A stretch of 64,000 nt of DNA, taken from positions 4,096,001 through 4,160,000 of the forward strand of contig OZ253442.1 in NCBI GenBank assembly GCA_965261085.1. The letters are read 5' to 3'. Source of the stretch: a bacterium. GTDB taxonomy: Bacteria > UBA8248. Shown piece after piece: positions 1 to 10,431 of this stretch (the first letter of the stretch is position 1; each line of letters starts with the position of its first letter). The notes below the pieces were generated by a model. It ran no database searches. It had not been told where the DNA came from and saw nothing but the letters and a program-made list of their open reading frames with translations. The position numbers and the translations under genes were made by a program.

Positions 1-145
1 TGGTCGCGCCGAACCCCCATTCATCAGAATTTTTTCTACAACTCCCTCAAGAGAGTGGTTCTACCTCTTTCATCAATTGTCATTGCCCCTCAAGGGGAGA
101 GTAATTCTGCAACACGACGGCGCAGGGCCGAACCCACTCCCCGCC

Positions 146-2485
146 CTAATCGTCTTCCCGCGCCTTCTTGGGCTTCATCAGGAACGCGCCCAGGGCGGGC
201 AGCAGCGCGATGGCGCCGACCATGTTGACCAGGAACATGAACGAGAGCACCGTACCCATGTCGGCCTGGAGCTTGAGCGTCGCGAGAATCCAGGTCGCCA
301 CCCCCACCGCCAGCGTGAAGCCTGTGAGCACCACGCCCGCGCCCGTGGTGGCGAGCGTTCGCTCATAGGCCGCGGCGAAATCGAGACCTTCTCTCATATA
401 GGCGAGCAGCCGCCCGCAGATGTAAATCCCGTAGTCCACGCCGATGCCCACGCCCAGCGCCACCACCGGCAGGGTGGAAACCTTGAGGCCGATCTCCAGA
501 AACGCCATCAGCGCGTAGGCGAGCAGGGAGACCAGAGCGAGAGGCGCGATGATGCACACGGTCGCCGCCGCCGAGCGGAACGAGAGCAGGCAGAGCAGAA
601 TGACCGCGGCGTACACGTAGCCCAGAATCGGGAACTGCGACGCTTCTATCTCCTCGTTCGTCGCCGCCATCACCCCGACGTTTCCTGCGGCGAGGCGAAA
701 GGCGACCCGCGCGTCGCGCTCTTTTTCATTGAACGCCTTTACGGCGGAGACGACCCGGCGGATGGTCTGCGCCTTGTGGTCGGCGGTGTAGATGAGCACC
801 GGCATCGCCGAGCAGTCGCCGTTCAAGAGCCCTGTGCTCGTCGGCACGAGAGAGACCGATTCGGCGAGCGCATGGCGGTTGCGTGGGAGCGTGCGCCACT
901 TGAGGTTTCCCTCGTTCCAGCCGGCGTTGAGCTTGCGGACGATTCCGGCGAGCGCGACCACCGAGCGCACGCCCTCCACGTTCCTCATGCGCCACTCGAA
1001 CTCATCGATGAGGCGCATCACCCCGTAATCGACGCACCCTTGCGGTATGGTCTCCACGATCACCGTCAGCACGTCCACGCCGATGTTGAAGCGCTCGACG
1101 ATGGCGGCGGTATCGAGGTTGTAGGTGGAGGTCGCGCGCAATTCCGGCACGCCCTGGTGCTGGTCGCCCACGCGAACCTCGGGCGCGTAACGCGCGCCGA
1201 GAGCCAGTAGAACGGTGGCGACGGCTATCGTCACCATCGCGGGACGCGGCCTTGCCGCCTGCGCGGCGCGCGACCAAAGAGAATCCAGGAACCCCGAGCG
1301 AGCCGCGCGCTCACCTTCTCCCTCCGCTTTGAGATAGGAAAGCGCTACGGGCAGAAGACCTAAGTTCGTCAAGATGATCGCGGCTACCCCCAGGCTGGCG
1401 GTAACGGCGATCTCCTGGATAACGCGCACGGGTATGAGCGCGATGGCCACAAACCCGATGGCGTCCGAGGCGAGCGCCACGGAGCCCGGCAGCAGCAGAC
1501 GGCGAAAGCTCGCCCGCGCAGCGGGAACACCGCCGCCTCCTTCGGCCTGCACGGCGTTCACCATCTGCACCCCGTGGCTGACCCCGATGGCGAAGACCAG
1601 AAACGGCACCAGGATCGACATGGGGTCGACGCCGAAGCCGAGACCGGTGAGCGCGCCGAGCTGCCAGATAACCGCAACGAGGGAGCACGCCAGCGGCATC
1701 GCCGTGAGGCGGACCGAGCGGGTATAGGCGTATACGAATAGAGCGGTGATCACGACGGCGAGGCCGAAGAAGAACAACACCTGGGCTGCGCCCTCGGCTA
1801 TCTCGCCCACGACCTTGGCGAACCCGATGATGTGGACTTTCGCGACGCCGCCGGCCTCGGCTTCGCGGCGGATGACCTCGAGCGCGCGCGCGACTTCAAG
1901 ATAATCGAGCCGCTCGCCGGTGTTGGGGTGAAACTCCTGAAGCCTCGCGCTCACGAGCGCGCCGGAAAAATCGTTCGCCACCAGCCGGCCCACGATGCCC
2001 GCCTTGATGATGTTCTCGCGCACCCGTGCGAAACCGGCCCGGGTCGGCTTGAAATCCGCGGGCAGCACGTTGCCGGCGACGATGCCGTCTTCGACCACCT
2101 CGTTGTAGCGCACGTTCGGCGTCACCACCGAATAGACCTGGGTGCGATCGACCCCCGGCACGAAGAATACGGCGTCGTTCACCTTTTGAAGCAGGGCGAA
2201 GAACTCAGGCGTGAAGATGTCTCCCTCGCGCGCCACCAGCGCCACCGCCACGCGGTCAGCACCCCCGAACGCGGCGCGATGCTTTAAGTAGGTGCGCATG
2301 TAGGGGTGCTCCAGCGGCACCAGCTTGGTGAAGCCCGCATCCACGCGCAGACCCGTCGCCAGCCAGGCCATCGCCAGCGTGATCAGGATGAACGCCGCGA
2401 GCACCCATTTGCGGCGTGAAAAAAGCGCGCGCTCGAGCAGAGCCGTAACGGAAGATGTTTGAGGGGGGGAGGAGGCGTCCGGCAT
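146..2485 (-). CDS. MMPL/RND-superfamily transporter permease
   Basis: 779 aa, two repeats of TM bundle plus large soluble loop; GIGVDYGI motif; last gene of the DUF1302/DUF1329/YCF48 cluster. Confidence 0.9.
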   Translation of the reverse strand: MPDASSPPQTSSVTALLERALFSRRKWVLAAFILITLAMAWLATGLRVDAGFTKLVPLEHPYMRTYLKHRAAFGGADRVAVALVAREGDIFTPEFFALLQKVNDAVFFVPGVDRTQVYSVVTPNVRYNEVVEDGIVAGNVLPADFKPTRAGFARVRENIIKAGIVGRLVANDFSGALVSARLQEFHPNTGERLDYLEVARALEVIRREAEAGGVAKVHIIGFAKVVGEIAEGAAQVLFFFGLAVVITALFVYAYTRSVRLTAMPLACSLVAVIWQLGALTGLGFGVDPMSILVPFLVFAIGVSHGVQMVNAVQAEGGGGVPAARASFRRLLLPGSVALASDAIGFVAIALIPVRVIQEIAVTASLGVAAIILTNLGLLPVALSYLKAEGEGERAARSGFLDSLWSRAAQAARPRPAMVTIAVATVLLALGARYAPEVRVGDQHQGVPELRATSTYNLDTAAIVERFNIGVDVLTVIVETIPQGCVDYGVMRLIDEFEWRMRNVEGVRSVVALAGIVRKLNAGWNEGNLKWRTLPRNRHALAESVSLVPTSTGLLNGDCSAMPVLIYTADHKAQTIRRVVSAVKAFNEKERDARVAFRLAAGNVGVMAATNEEIEASQFPILGYVYAAVILLCLLSFRSAAATVCIIAPLALVSLLAYALMAFLEIGLKVSTLPVVALGVGIGVDYGIYICGRLLAYMREGLDFAAAYERTLATTGAGVVLTGFTLAVGVATWILATLKLQADMGTVLSFMFLVNMVGAIALLPALGAFLMKPKKAREDD

Positions 2486-2494
2486 GTGTAGAGT

Positions 2495-3469
2495 CTATTC
2501 GGCCCGGGGCAGGCGCCTGGCCCCGAACTCTCCCAGCAACACCAACCCGCCGCCTGAGAGCGCGAGCGCTTTAGAAATTCCCTGGCGCGAGGCCAGGGGT
2601 TTGAAAGCGGCATCGGCCGAAACGCTGCGCCCGCCGTCCCGGCTGACGAGCAAGGTGCCTTCGAGACCGGTGACGAGCAACAAATCCGGCTTCAGCCGCA
2701 CCGCCCCCGTCAAAGTCGCCTTCGTGGCGGTGCGCACCTTGGTCCAGCTCTCGCCCCCGTTCTCGGAGCGAAACATGCTGCCCCTAAGCCCCAGCAACAA
2801 CAATCGGTTCGCATCGAGCGCGAGCGCGGAAAACCACGAGCCGGCGTAGGGAGAGGAGAGCTTGCGCCAGGTGTCGCCGCCATCGTCGCTGCGATACAGG
2901 ACGCCCGCTTCTCCGGCGATGAACAACCGCCCCGGTCCTGCGGGAACCAGGGCGTTCAGATGAAAATCATCCTTGTCGATGGTTCGCGGCTTCCAGGTGC
3001 GGCCGCCATCCTTTGTGCTGAGGAAATAGCCATACGCCCCCACGGCGAAGCCCACCCGCTCGTCGCGGAACCAGACGTCGAGCAGGGGGCGTTCTTCTTT
3101 GGGCGCGTGATGCGTCAAGCTCCAGGTCATGCCGCCGTCCTCGGTGCGGAGGATGACGGCGTCGTGACCGACTGCCCAGCCGATGCGGGCATCGTGCATG
3201 TGCACCGCGGTGAGCAGGGAGCGGACGGGTGCGCGGGCCTGTTTCCAGCTTGCGCCGCCATCGTCCGAAACCAGCACGTGGCCGCGCGCGCCGACCACCA
3301 CCAGGCGCGAGCCGGCGGACGCGCCGTCGAGCAGCAGGGATTTGGGCGCAAGCCGCGCGTGAACGGCCGGTTGGGCGCTCGCCGCTCCAAAGGACAGCAG
3401 ACAGAATATGAGGCAGGGCAGGAGGCGCAGACTCAATCTTCCTGGGATTCCGGAGGTCGCCGCAATCAT
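2495..3469 (-). CDS. YCF48-like BNR/Asp-box repeat beta-propeller protein
   Basis: Repeated SxDGGxTW motifs; signal peptide; ATG 3469 overlaps the upstream TGA (ATGA). Confidence 0.88.
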   Translation of the reverse strand: MIAATSGIPGRLSLRLLPCLIFCLLSFGAASAQPAVHARLAPKSLLLDGASAGSRLVVVGARGHVLVSDDGGASWKQARAPVRSLLTAVHMHDARIGWAVGHDAVILRTEDGGMTWSLTHHAPKEERPLLDVWFRDERVGFAVGAYGYFLSTKDGGRTWKPRTIDKDDFHLNALVPAGPGRLFIAGEAGVLYRSDDGGDTWRKLSSPYAGSWFSALALDANRLLLLGLRGSMFRSENGGESWTKVRTATKATLTGAVRLKPDLLLVTGLEGTLLVSRDGGRSVSADAAFKPLASRQGISKALALSGGGLVLLGEFGARRLPRAE

Positions 3470-4824
3470 CTCCTGCCCATTCGGCGCAACGCCGAGGGCG
3501 TGAAACCCCTGGAGGAGTAGTTCGTGCCGAAGACGTTCATGGGATATTCGTTGTTGAGCCCCAGGGCGAGGTAGCGCCCCGCCTGAATATCGGTGTGCAC
3601 CTGGAGGGTAAAGCCCAGCAAGGGTTTTTCGTAATAGTTGACGACGTGCCCTTCCGACACGCGCCAGAGTTGATCCCTGTTGTCGTAAATGTCCACGAGC
3701 AGGATCATCCATGAATCCTCATCCACGTAGAGCCGCCGTTTCTTGTAGATGTGGCGCGCTCCTTTCTTGAGCGTCGCCTCGACCACCCAGACCCGGTGCA
3801 GTTCATAGCGCAGATACTTCGGGTTGACGTGCAAAGGCTTCAAAACGTCTGCGAAGGTGATTTTATCGCTGTGCAGTTTGTAGCTGTTATAGGGCGCGTA
3901 CATCTCCCGCTTGCCGAGAAGCTTCCAGTCGTAGCGGTCGAGCGCCCCGTTGAACATGTCGAACTGATCGCTCGTCCGCAGTCCGTCCGCAGCGGTGCCC
4001 GGGTTGTCGTAGGCGATGTTCGGCGCGCGCCGCACCCGGCGCTGGCCGGGATTGTACACCCAGGCGTGGCGCGGCTCGGCGACCTGGTTGAGCGTCTCGT
4101 AGGCCAGCAGAATCCGGCCCGCAAGCCGCGCTGGCGCCGCCACCTTCTGCCGGAAAAGAATCATCCTGTTGTTGAGTTTCGCCTCCGTCATGCCCGGCAG
4201 GGAATAGCGCGCGAGGTAGGCGTCCTCGAGCCGGACGAGCGTGTAATCACCGCTCCGGGTGACGGCGGCCTGGGCGATGACGCGCGAGGCGGCCTCACCC
4301 CGGTAGCGCAGCAGGTGATTCCAGATCACCTCTACTCCTTTTTTGGGAACCGGAAACGGAATCCCGATCACCGCGCCCGTGACGCCGTTGCCCCCGGCGG
4401 TGAGTTTCGCGGTGGCGGCGACGCGCCGGGTGGCCTCGTAGATGCGCTTCGGGAACGCCGCGCTGCGCCGGGTCGGATAGACCGGAAGACTGAGCGTCGG
4501 GTAAATCTCCAGCATCTTCTGAAGCCCGGCCGAGAGCTTTGCGCGATGTTTGTCGAGGTTGGCGCGGGTGATGGTGAAAAGCGGCCTGTCGCCGGAATAG
4601 GGGTCGGGATGGTGATCGCCGACCTTGTAACCAGCAGGCGGGGTCGTGATGCCCCCCTTCCACTCCGGAATCGTTCCCGCGGCGTTGCCCGCCCGTTCCG
4701 CCCCGAGAGGGGTGAGATCCTTACCCAGCCGTGCGATCTCATCGGCGGAAATCGCGGCGGAGGCGCTGGTCGCGACGAAGGTGAAAAGCATCGCGACGCT
4801 GATTCTCAAGATGATGGTTTTCAT
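3466..4824 (-). CDS. DUF1329 family secreted protein
   Basis: Signal peptide MKTIILRISV..., LTPLGAERAGNAAGTIPEW and AWVYNPGQRRVRRAP motifs; start re-called at ATG 4824. Confidence 0.9.
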   Translation of the reverse strand: MKTIILRISVAMLFTFVATSASAAISADEIARLGKDLTPLGAERAGNAAGTIPEWKGGITTPPAGYKVGDHHPDPYSGDRPLFTITRANLDKHRAKLSAGLQKMLEIYPTLSLPVYPTRRSAAFPKRIYEATRRVAATAKLTAGGNGVTGAVIGIPFPVPKKGVEVIWNHLLRYRGEAASRVIAQAAVTRSGDYTLVRLEDAYLARYSLPGMTEAKLNNRMILFRQKVAAPARLAGRILLAYETLNQVAEPRHAWVYNPGQRRVRRAPNIAYDNPGTAADGLRTSDQFDMFNGALDRYDWKLLGKREMYAPYNSYKLHSDKITFADVLKPLHVNPKYLRYELHRVWVVEATLKKGARHIYKKRRLYVDEDSWMILLVDIYDNRDQLWRVSEGHVVNYYEKPLLGFTLQVHTDIQAGRYLALGLNNEYPMNVFGTNYSSRGFTPSALRRMGRR

Positions 4825-4853
4825 GGCGGTTACCCCATTTTCATCGCTGTTGG

Positions 4854-7097
4854 TCAGAACAGGTATTTGACGGCGGCGGAGACGAAGTCGCGGTCGCTCA
4901 CCTGGTTGTGCCTTCCGGCGCCGCCGAACATGGTGAAGCTCACGTCGAAATGCCAGCGGTTGAGATAGCTCGCGCCCAGCCCGAACGTCAGCGCGACGCG
5001 GTCTTCCACGAACGGCCCGCCGGGGCCGGGACTGGTGCCCTTCACGTCGTGCTGGAACTGTACGCGCGGGGATATGTTCACCGCGCCGATGGCGTTGAGA
5101 TACGACAGACGCGCCGCTAGCCGGTAGCCGTAGGAAGTGGCGCTCGCGAACCGATCCAGAGGCTCCGCCGCGAGGCCTGCGTGCGCGCCCGCCGGCGTGG
5201 AATGAAAGGGCTCCCCGCTGGTGCTCGTGGCCGGTCCCTCCAGGCGGAGTTCGCTCTTGTCCGGCATGTCGTGCACGTACATGAGCGCCGCTTCCGCGAT
5301 GAACGCCAAGCTGTTCGCCCCCAGGGTGGGGCCAAACACCTTGGTGGCCGTGGCCTGAATCTGGCTCACGTCGCGCTCGATGTAGCCTTGGACGTATTCC
5401 TCGTGGCCGAGGCCGTTGGGGGCGACCTGGTTCCTGCAGTAGGCGAAAGGACTCGTGGCCGCGCAAGGCGGTCCGCCCGGAGCGGCGGCGGTGAGCGGCG
5501 TCAGGGAGGCGAAGAAAAGTTCGGCGTCGTCTATCTGCAAGGGCGCGTCCATGCGGTGGGAAAGTTCTCCCTGCAGCGCCCAGCCCGAGGTTCCGAGCTG
5601 GGTGTTGAAGCTCACGCCCAGAAGCTGGATGTCTTCCGGGTATTCGACGATGTAGCCCGCCGTCTTCACGTAGCGATCGATGGCGAGGGGGCCGGCTACG
5701 GCGCCGATTCGGGCGGCGACCTGACTGGCGACCGCGCCGGGTACCCGGCTGGCGACTTGCCTTTGGATCTCCGCCTGAACCGCCGCAGGCGGCGTGCCGG
5801 GCTGAACGGATGCTCTTACCGCAGCGGTGACCTGCTGGGTGACGGCCTGGGTGACCGCCGGTGTAACTGCCTGCGCAATCGCCCCCGTAGTTGCGGAACC
5901 CCTGGCGACCGCCCCCAACGCGAAGAGGCCGTCCGCCACCCCCTGCGCCGTGCCGGTTCGCCCGCTCAGGATCGGCAGGCGGCTGTGGTAGTTCACGAAG
6001 TAGAAGCCGAATTCGGTGTTGTTCAAGCCCGCGGCGAGGTAGCGCAGCGCGACGCCCCACTGGCCCGAATCTTCAGGCTCCTCGTCCGCCCTGCGGAATA
6101 CGTTCAGGAAATAGGGGTCGAAGTCCGGCTGCGCTCTCTGAGGCAGGGGCGCCAGGGTTCCCGGCGCCGCAGGGCTGGGGATATGGAAGCCCCGGAGGTC
6201 GGCGTTGACCGCCGCTGTGATGGGACCCAACCCTCGGCCTGTATCGGGGACCTCACCCCAGCCGAGCACGACCCTCCTCCCGCCTGCGCCGACGAAGTCG
6301 CTCGTCGAGAAGTAGCTGCCCGGCGGGTCGATCTCGGTCTTCTCCCACTTCACCTGGTAGAAGCCCTCCAAGGAGAGGCTCTCGTTCAGCGAGGCCGAGA
6401 CGGAGACCATCGGAACCGGCACGAGCCCGTCGCGCAACTCCGCGCCCGGCGTTCTGAGCTTGGTCACGTCGAAGGGATTGATGACGTTGATGCTGTTCTG
6501 GATGAAGGTGCTCTCGCCCCAGCTAATGACGTGGTTGCCGAGCCTCAGGTCCACCGCCGCGCCGCCCAGGTCAAACGAGCCTGTGAGGTATAAATCGAGC
6601 ACTTCAAAGTCTTTTCCGACCAGATCCTTCGCTTCGGGCGAAAGTTCGCTGCGCGCCCGCTCGCCCCTGTCGTTCTCGAAGTCGAAAAACCCGTGCACGC
6701 GGGCGAAGGCGCCGAAGTTGCGGTAGTTCAGGTCGAGCTCGCCGGTGAACTTCGACGTGTTGCTCACGATGCCGCTGTCGTAATTGAGGTTGCCGTCGTC
6801 GGAGTTGACGGAGTTCGCCGTGCCGGCCCCTTCGGCCCGGCCGATCAGTCGCTTGTCGCGATCATCGACGCGTAAGGTAACGCCGTGTGAAAGCGTGATG
6901 TCGAGACTGCCCTCGAGTTCGCCGTGAGTGAAATCCTCCGCGCCCACAGGCGGGGCGCACCAGGCGAAGGCCAGGGCGAGCGCGCAGGCCGCAAAGCGAA
7001 GCGGGCGAGAGATGGAGTCGAAAACACCCCCCTGAGAGAAGCGGCGCGTCGGCCGCCCGACGCGGGGTCGATGGGCAAATGAATAGGCTGGATTCAT
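4854..7097 (-). CDS. DUF1302 family outer-membrane protein
   Basis: NSDDGNLNY, ISWGESTFI, DRDFVS...YLF C-terminus; start uncertain. Confidence 0.88.
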   Translation of the reverse strand: MNPAYSFAHRPRVGRPTRRFSQGGVFDSISRPLRFAACALALAFAWCAPPVGAEDFTHGELEGSLDITLSHGVTLRVDDRDKRLIGRAEGAGTANSVNSDDGNLNYDSGIVSNTSKFTGELDLNYRNFGAFARVHGFFDFENDRGERARSELSPEAKDLVGKDFEVLDLYLTGSFDLGGAAVDLRLGNHVISWGESTFIQNSINVINPFDVTKLRTPGAELRDGLVPVPMVSVSASLNESLSLEGFYQVKWEKTEIDPPGSYFSTSDFVGAGGRRVVLGWGEVPDTGRGLGPITAAVNADLRGFHIPSPAAPGTLAPLPQRAQPDFDPYFLNVFRRADEEPEDSGQWGVALRYLAAGLNNTEFGFYFVNYHSRLPILSGRTGTAQGVADGLFALGAVARGSATTGAIAQAVTPAVTQAVTQQVTAAVRASVQPGTPPAAVQAEIQRQVASRVPGAVASQVAARIGAVAGPLAIDRYVKTAGYIVEYPEDIQLLGVSFNTQLGTSGWALQGELSHRMDAPLQIDDAELFFASLTPLTAAAPGGPPCAATSPFAYCRNQVAPNGLGHEEYVQGYIERDVSQIQATATKVFGPTLGANSLAFIAEAALMYVHDMPDKSELRLEGPATSTSGEPFHSTPAGAHAGLAAEPLDRFASATSYGYRLAARLSYLNAIGAVNISPRVQFQHDVKGTSPGPGGPFVEDRVALTFGLGASYLNRWHFDVSFTMFGGAGRHNQVSDRDFVSAAVKYLF

Positions 7098-7317
7098 TCC
7101 AGTAGGTCCCCCTATTTCGACAGGATGAATTTGGCTATTCGTTAGCCCAAGATATATTCAACATCCTGCGCCAGTCAAGGGAAATCAGGCGTAAAAACAC
7201 AGAAAATGGCGTTTTCAGGACAAAGACGAACGCAGAGGCATCGCCCCACTCGCTCCGCCTGCACGAGAGGTTTTAATTATATTCATTTCCGGCGATAACC
7301 GACTTGAGGGAGCAGGG

Positions 7318-8391
7318 TTACCGGACGCGCGTTCCGTCGGGTTCGAAGAGATAGACGCGCGAGGGGTCGAACGTGACGTTCAGCCGCTCGCCCGCCTTGA
7401 AGCGACCGCTCGCCTCGACGACGGCGATGGTCGGACGCTCCGCACCGTGCTCGAAGTAGAGAAGCGTATCTTTTCCGAGCGGCTCCACGAGTTGGATGTT
7501 GCACGAGAAGGCGGCGCTCTCGCTCCCCACCACCATGTGTTCGGGCCGGACGCCCAGGGTGTAATCTCCCGAGGATACGCCCGCGTAGGCCTCGGGGAGC
7601 GTGTAATCGATGCCGAAGCCGGTGAACGCGGCGGCGCCGTTGGAATTATCCACCTTCCCCGAGATGAGGTTCATGGACGGGCTGCCGAAGAAATCGGCCA
7701 CGAAATAGCTGACCGGGTCGTTGTAGATGTCCAGCGGGGTACCCACTTGCTCGATGACGCCCAGGCGCATCACCATGATGCGGTCGGCCAGGGTCATGGC
7801 CTCTTCCTGATCGTGGGTGACGTAGACGAAGGTTTTCTTGAGTTCCTCGTGGAGCCTGTCGATCTCGGCGCGCATCTCGCGGCGGAGCTTGGCGTCGAGG
7901 CTCGAAAGCGGCTCATCCAGCAGGAAGGCGGAGGGGTCGGTGATGAGTGTGCGGGCCAGCGCCGCGCGCTGCGCCTCGCCGCCCGAGCACTGGCCGGGCA
8001 GCTTGTTGAGCAGGTGGCCAATCCGGACAAGGTCGGCCACTTCGCGCACGCGCTTTTTGCGCGTTTCCACGGGCACCTTCTTCATGCGCGGACCGAACTC
8101 GATGTTCTCGGCCACCGTCTTGTGCGGGAACAGCGCATGCGTCTGGAAGACCATGCCGACGCCCCTATCGCCGGGGTCGATATCGTTGACGACCTTCCCG
8201 TCGATGATGATCTCGCCCGCGGTGGGTTCCTCGAACCCCGCGACCATGCGCAGCGTGGTCGTCTTGCCACAGCCCGAGGGGCCGACGATGACGACGAACT
8301 CGCCTTCCTCGATGGTGAAGTCGAGATTCTTCACGGCCTCGATGTTCTTGCCGAATACCTTGCGTAAGCTCTTGAGTTCGATTCTCGCCAT
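7318..8391 (-). CDS. CUT1 ABC transporter ATP-binding protein (MalK/UgpC-like)
   Basis: GPSGCGKTT Walker A, LLDEPLS Walker B, YVTHDQEEAM, TOBE-like tail. Confidence 0.95.
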   Translation of the reverse strand: MARIELKSLRKVFGKNIEAVKNLDFTIEEGEFVVIVGPSGCGKTTTLRMVAGFEEPTAGEIIIDGKVVNDIDPGDRGVGMVFQTHALFPHKTVAENIEFGPRMKKVPVETRKKRVREVADLVRIGHLLNKLPGQCSGGEAQRAALARTLITDPSAFLLDEPLSSLDAKLRREMRAEIDRLHEELKKTFVYVTHDQEEAMTLADRIMVMRLGVIEQVGTPLDIYNDPVSYFVADFFGSPSMNLISGKVDNSNGAAAFTGFGIDYTLPEAYAGVSSGDYTLGVRPEHMVVGSESAAFSCNIQLVEPLGKDTLLYFEHGAERPTIAVVEASGRFKAGERLNVTFDPSRVYLFEPDGTRVR

Positions 8392-8398
8392 TGTCTTC

Positions 8399-9301
8399 TT
8401 ACCTCTTCACCATTCCGAAAGTGAAACCTCGCACCAGGTGTTTTCGAATGAAAATGCCGATGATCATGAGCGGCAGGGTGATCCCCACCGCCAGAGCGGC
8501 CTGATGGCCGTAGACGCGGCCCTCGTCGGAGCCTTCGTATTTCGCCAACTGGACGGGCAGCGTCACCACGTCCACCTTGGAGAGCATGAGAGAGAGCAGA
8601 TATTCGCTCCACGTCAGGATGAGGATGAACAGGAACGTCGCCACTAACCCTGAGCGAATGAGCGGGAATATGACCTCGCGGATCGCCTGCCATTTGCTCG
8701 CGCCCAGAATCTCCGCGGCCTGTTCGAGCTCGACGGGAACCTCGTCCACGAAGCTCTTCGTCATCCAGACGGAATAGGGCAGCGTGGTGATGAAATAGAC
8801 GATCACCAGCCCCGTCGCGGTGTCCATCAAATGGATCGCCGAGTAGTAGAGGGTGAGAGGCGCCGCCACCACAATGGGCGGGATCATCCGCAGCACAAGG
8901 AGCTGGAACATTCGTATCTCGGATAGTATCCGGTAGCGAGAGACGCCGTAGGCCAGGATCGCGCCGAAGGCGACCGAAAGCGCGGTGGCGGTAATCGCGA
9001 TATAGAGGCTGTTCCAGAGCGCCTGCCAGGGCTTGTTCGCCGAAGCCGACTCGTAGCGGGCGGTCTGCGTTTTCACATCCGCAGCCGAGCGGGGACTCTC
9101 GGGCCTGCCCCACACCGCCTGGTAGTTGGCCCATGAGGCCTCCTGCGACCAGTAGACCGGCGGCCAGGCGTGCCACTCCCAGTCGGGCTTGAACGAGGTG
9201 GAGACGATCCAGAATACCGGAAACGCCACGATCAGCGACCAGAACAGAAGCATGGCGTAGCGGAATATGTTGAACAGGCGTCCCTTCATGACTCGGTTCA
9301 T
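8399..9301 (-). CDS. Carbohydrate ABC transporter permease
   Basis: TM helices, EQAAEILGAS EAA-type loop. Confidence 0.92.
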   Translation of the reverse strand: MNRVMKGRLFNIFRYAMLLFWSLIVAFPVFWIVSTSFKPDWEWHAWPPVYWSQEASWANYQAVWGRPESPRSAADVKTQTARYESASANKPWQALWNSLYIAITATALSVAFGAILAYGVSRYRILSEIRMFQLLVLRMIPPIVVAAPLTLYYSAIHLMDTATGLVIVYFITTLPYSVWMTKSFVDEVPVELEQAAEILGASKWQAIREVIFPLIRSGLVATFLFILILTWSEYLLSLMLSKVDVVTLPVQLAKYEGSDEGRVYGHQAALAVGITLPLMIIGIFIRKHLVRGFTFGMVKR

Positions 9302-9303
9302 GC

Positions 9304-10266
9304 CTAAGCCTCCGTGCGCGGCGCTTCATACAGGGTGTCGAGCGCCTGTTTCTCGCGGCGCAGCACGTAGATCGCCGTGAGAACGATGAATATCATGATG
9401 ACCATGACGATATAGGACATCGCCGCGCCCTTCGATATATCAAACGACACCCAAGTCGTGAAATAGAGATAGATGGGTATGGTCTCGGTAGCGGTGCCCG
9501 GCCCTCCCTGGATGAGGCCCCACGTCTTGGGGAATTCCGCCATGGCCTCGAGGAAGCGCAGGATGAGCGCCAGGAATATGACGGGCCGCAGGAGCGGAAG
9601 CTGAATCTCGCGGAAAATCTGCAAGCGGTTCGCTCCGAGGATGCGCGCGGCCTCCACGGGCTCGGCCGGCAGCGAGGAGAGGCCCGCCAGCATGATGATG
9701 AAGACGAAGGGAGTCCAGTTCCATATTTCCAGAAGAATAATGGTGAAGATGGCGAAATTCGGGTTTGCCAGCCAGGTGAACTTCGAGAGGTCTCCCGGCA
9801 GGAAATAGCTCAAGAACCCGTTGATGGGTCCTTTTTCATATAAAAGCATGTCGGCGGTGTATGCGATGACGACGGGCACCGTCAGCATGGGAATGATGAA
9901 GAGGATATAGAAAAACGCCTGCCCCTTGAAGGGCTTGTACATCAGCAGCGCCAGAATGAAGCCGCATATGAAACAGCCCAGCGTCGAGAGGCTCGCGAAC
10001 ATGAGCGAGCGCCCCATGGCCCTCCAGAAACGCCCTTCGGTCAACACCTCCTGGAACAACTCCAGCCCCACGAAATCCGCGTCGAACCAGGTGGAGAGAT
10101 AGACCGTCCAGGAATGAAGCGAAAAATATATCTGCAAAAGAAAAACGGGCATCAGGAACGCGAACAGAATGATCAGCGGGGAGAGCGCGCTCCATTTGAA
10201 TATGCGCACGCCGCGGGCGCGGGTGGAGCGTCTACCCTTGGGCTGCGCATCTATGGCCGTCGCCAT
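9304..10266 (-). CDS. Carbohydrate ABC transporter permease
   Basis: WNWTPFVFIIMLAGL and EAARILGA motifs; start re-called at ATG 10266. Confidence 0.92.
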   Translation of the reverse strand: MATAIDAQPKGRRSTRARGVRIFKWSALSPLIILFAFLMPVFLLQIYFSLHSWTVYLSTWFDADFVGLELFQEVLTEGRFWRAMGRSLMFASLSTLGCFICGFILALLMYKPFKGQAFFYILFIIPMLTVPVVIAYTADMLLYEKGPINGFLSYFLPGDLSKFTWLANPNFAIFTIILLEIWNWTPFVFIIMLAGLSSLPAEPVEAARILGANRLQIFREIQLPLLRPVIFLALILRFLEAMAEFPKTWGLIQGGPGTATETIPIYLYFTTWVSFDISKGAAMSYIVMVIMIFIVLTAIYVLRREKQALDTLYEAPRTEA

Positions 10267-10431
10267 TCGTGAGACTCCTACCAATATCGAGTAGATCGGG
10301 GCATGAACCAGGATCCATCCGGAAGCGAGTATCGTGTCGGCGACCGGGGCCGGCGACTGTCCGCCGGCCCCGGTTATCGAAACATGAAATCCCTCCCCGG
10401 AGCACACGCCCCGGGGAGAGGAGTTTCCGCC

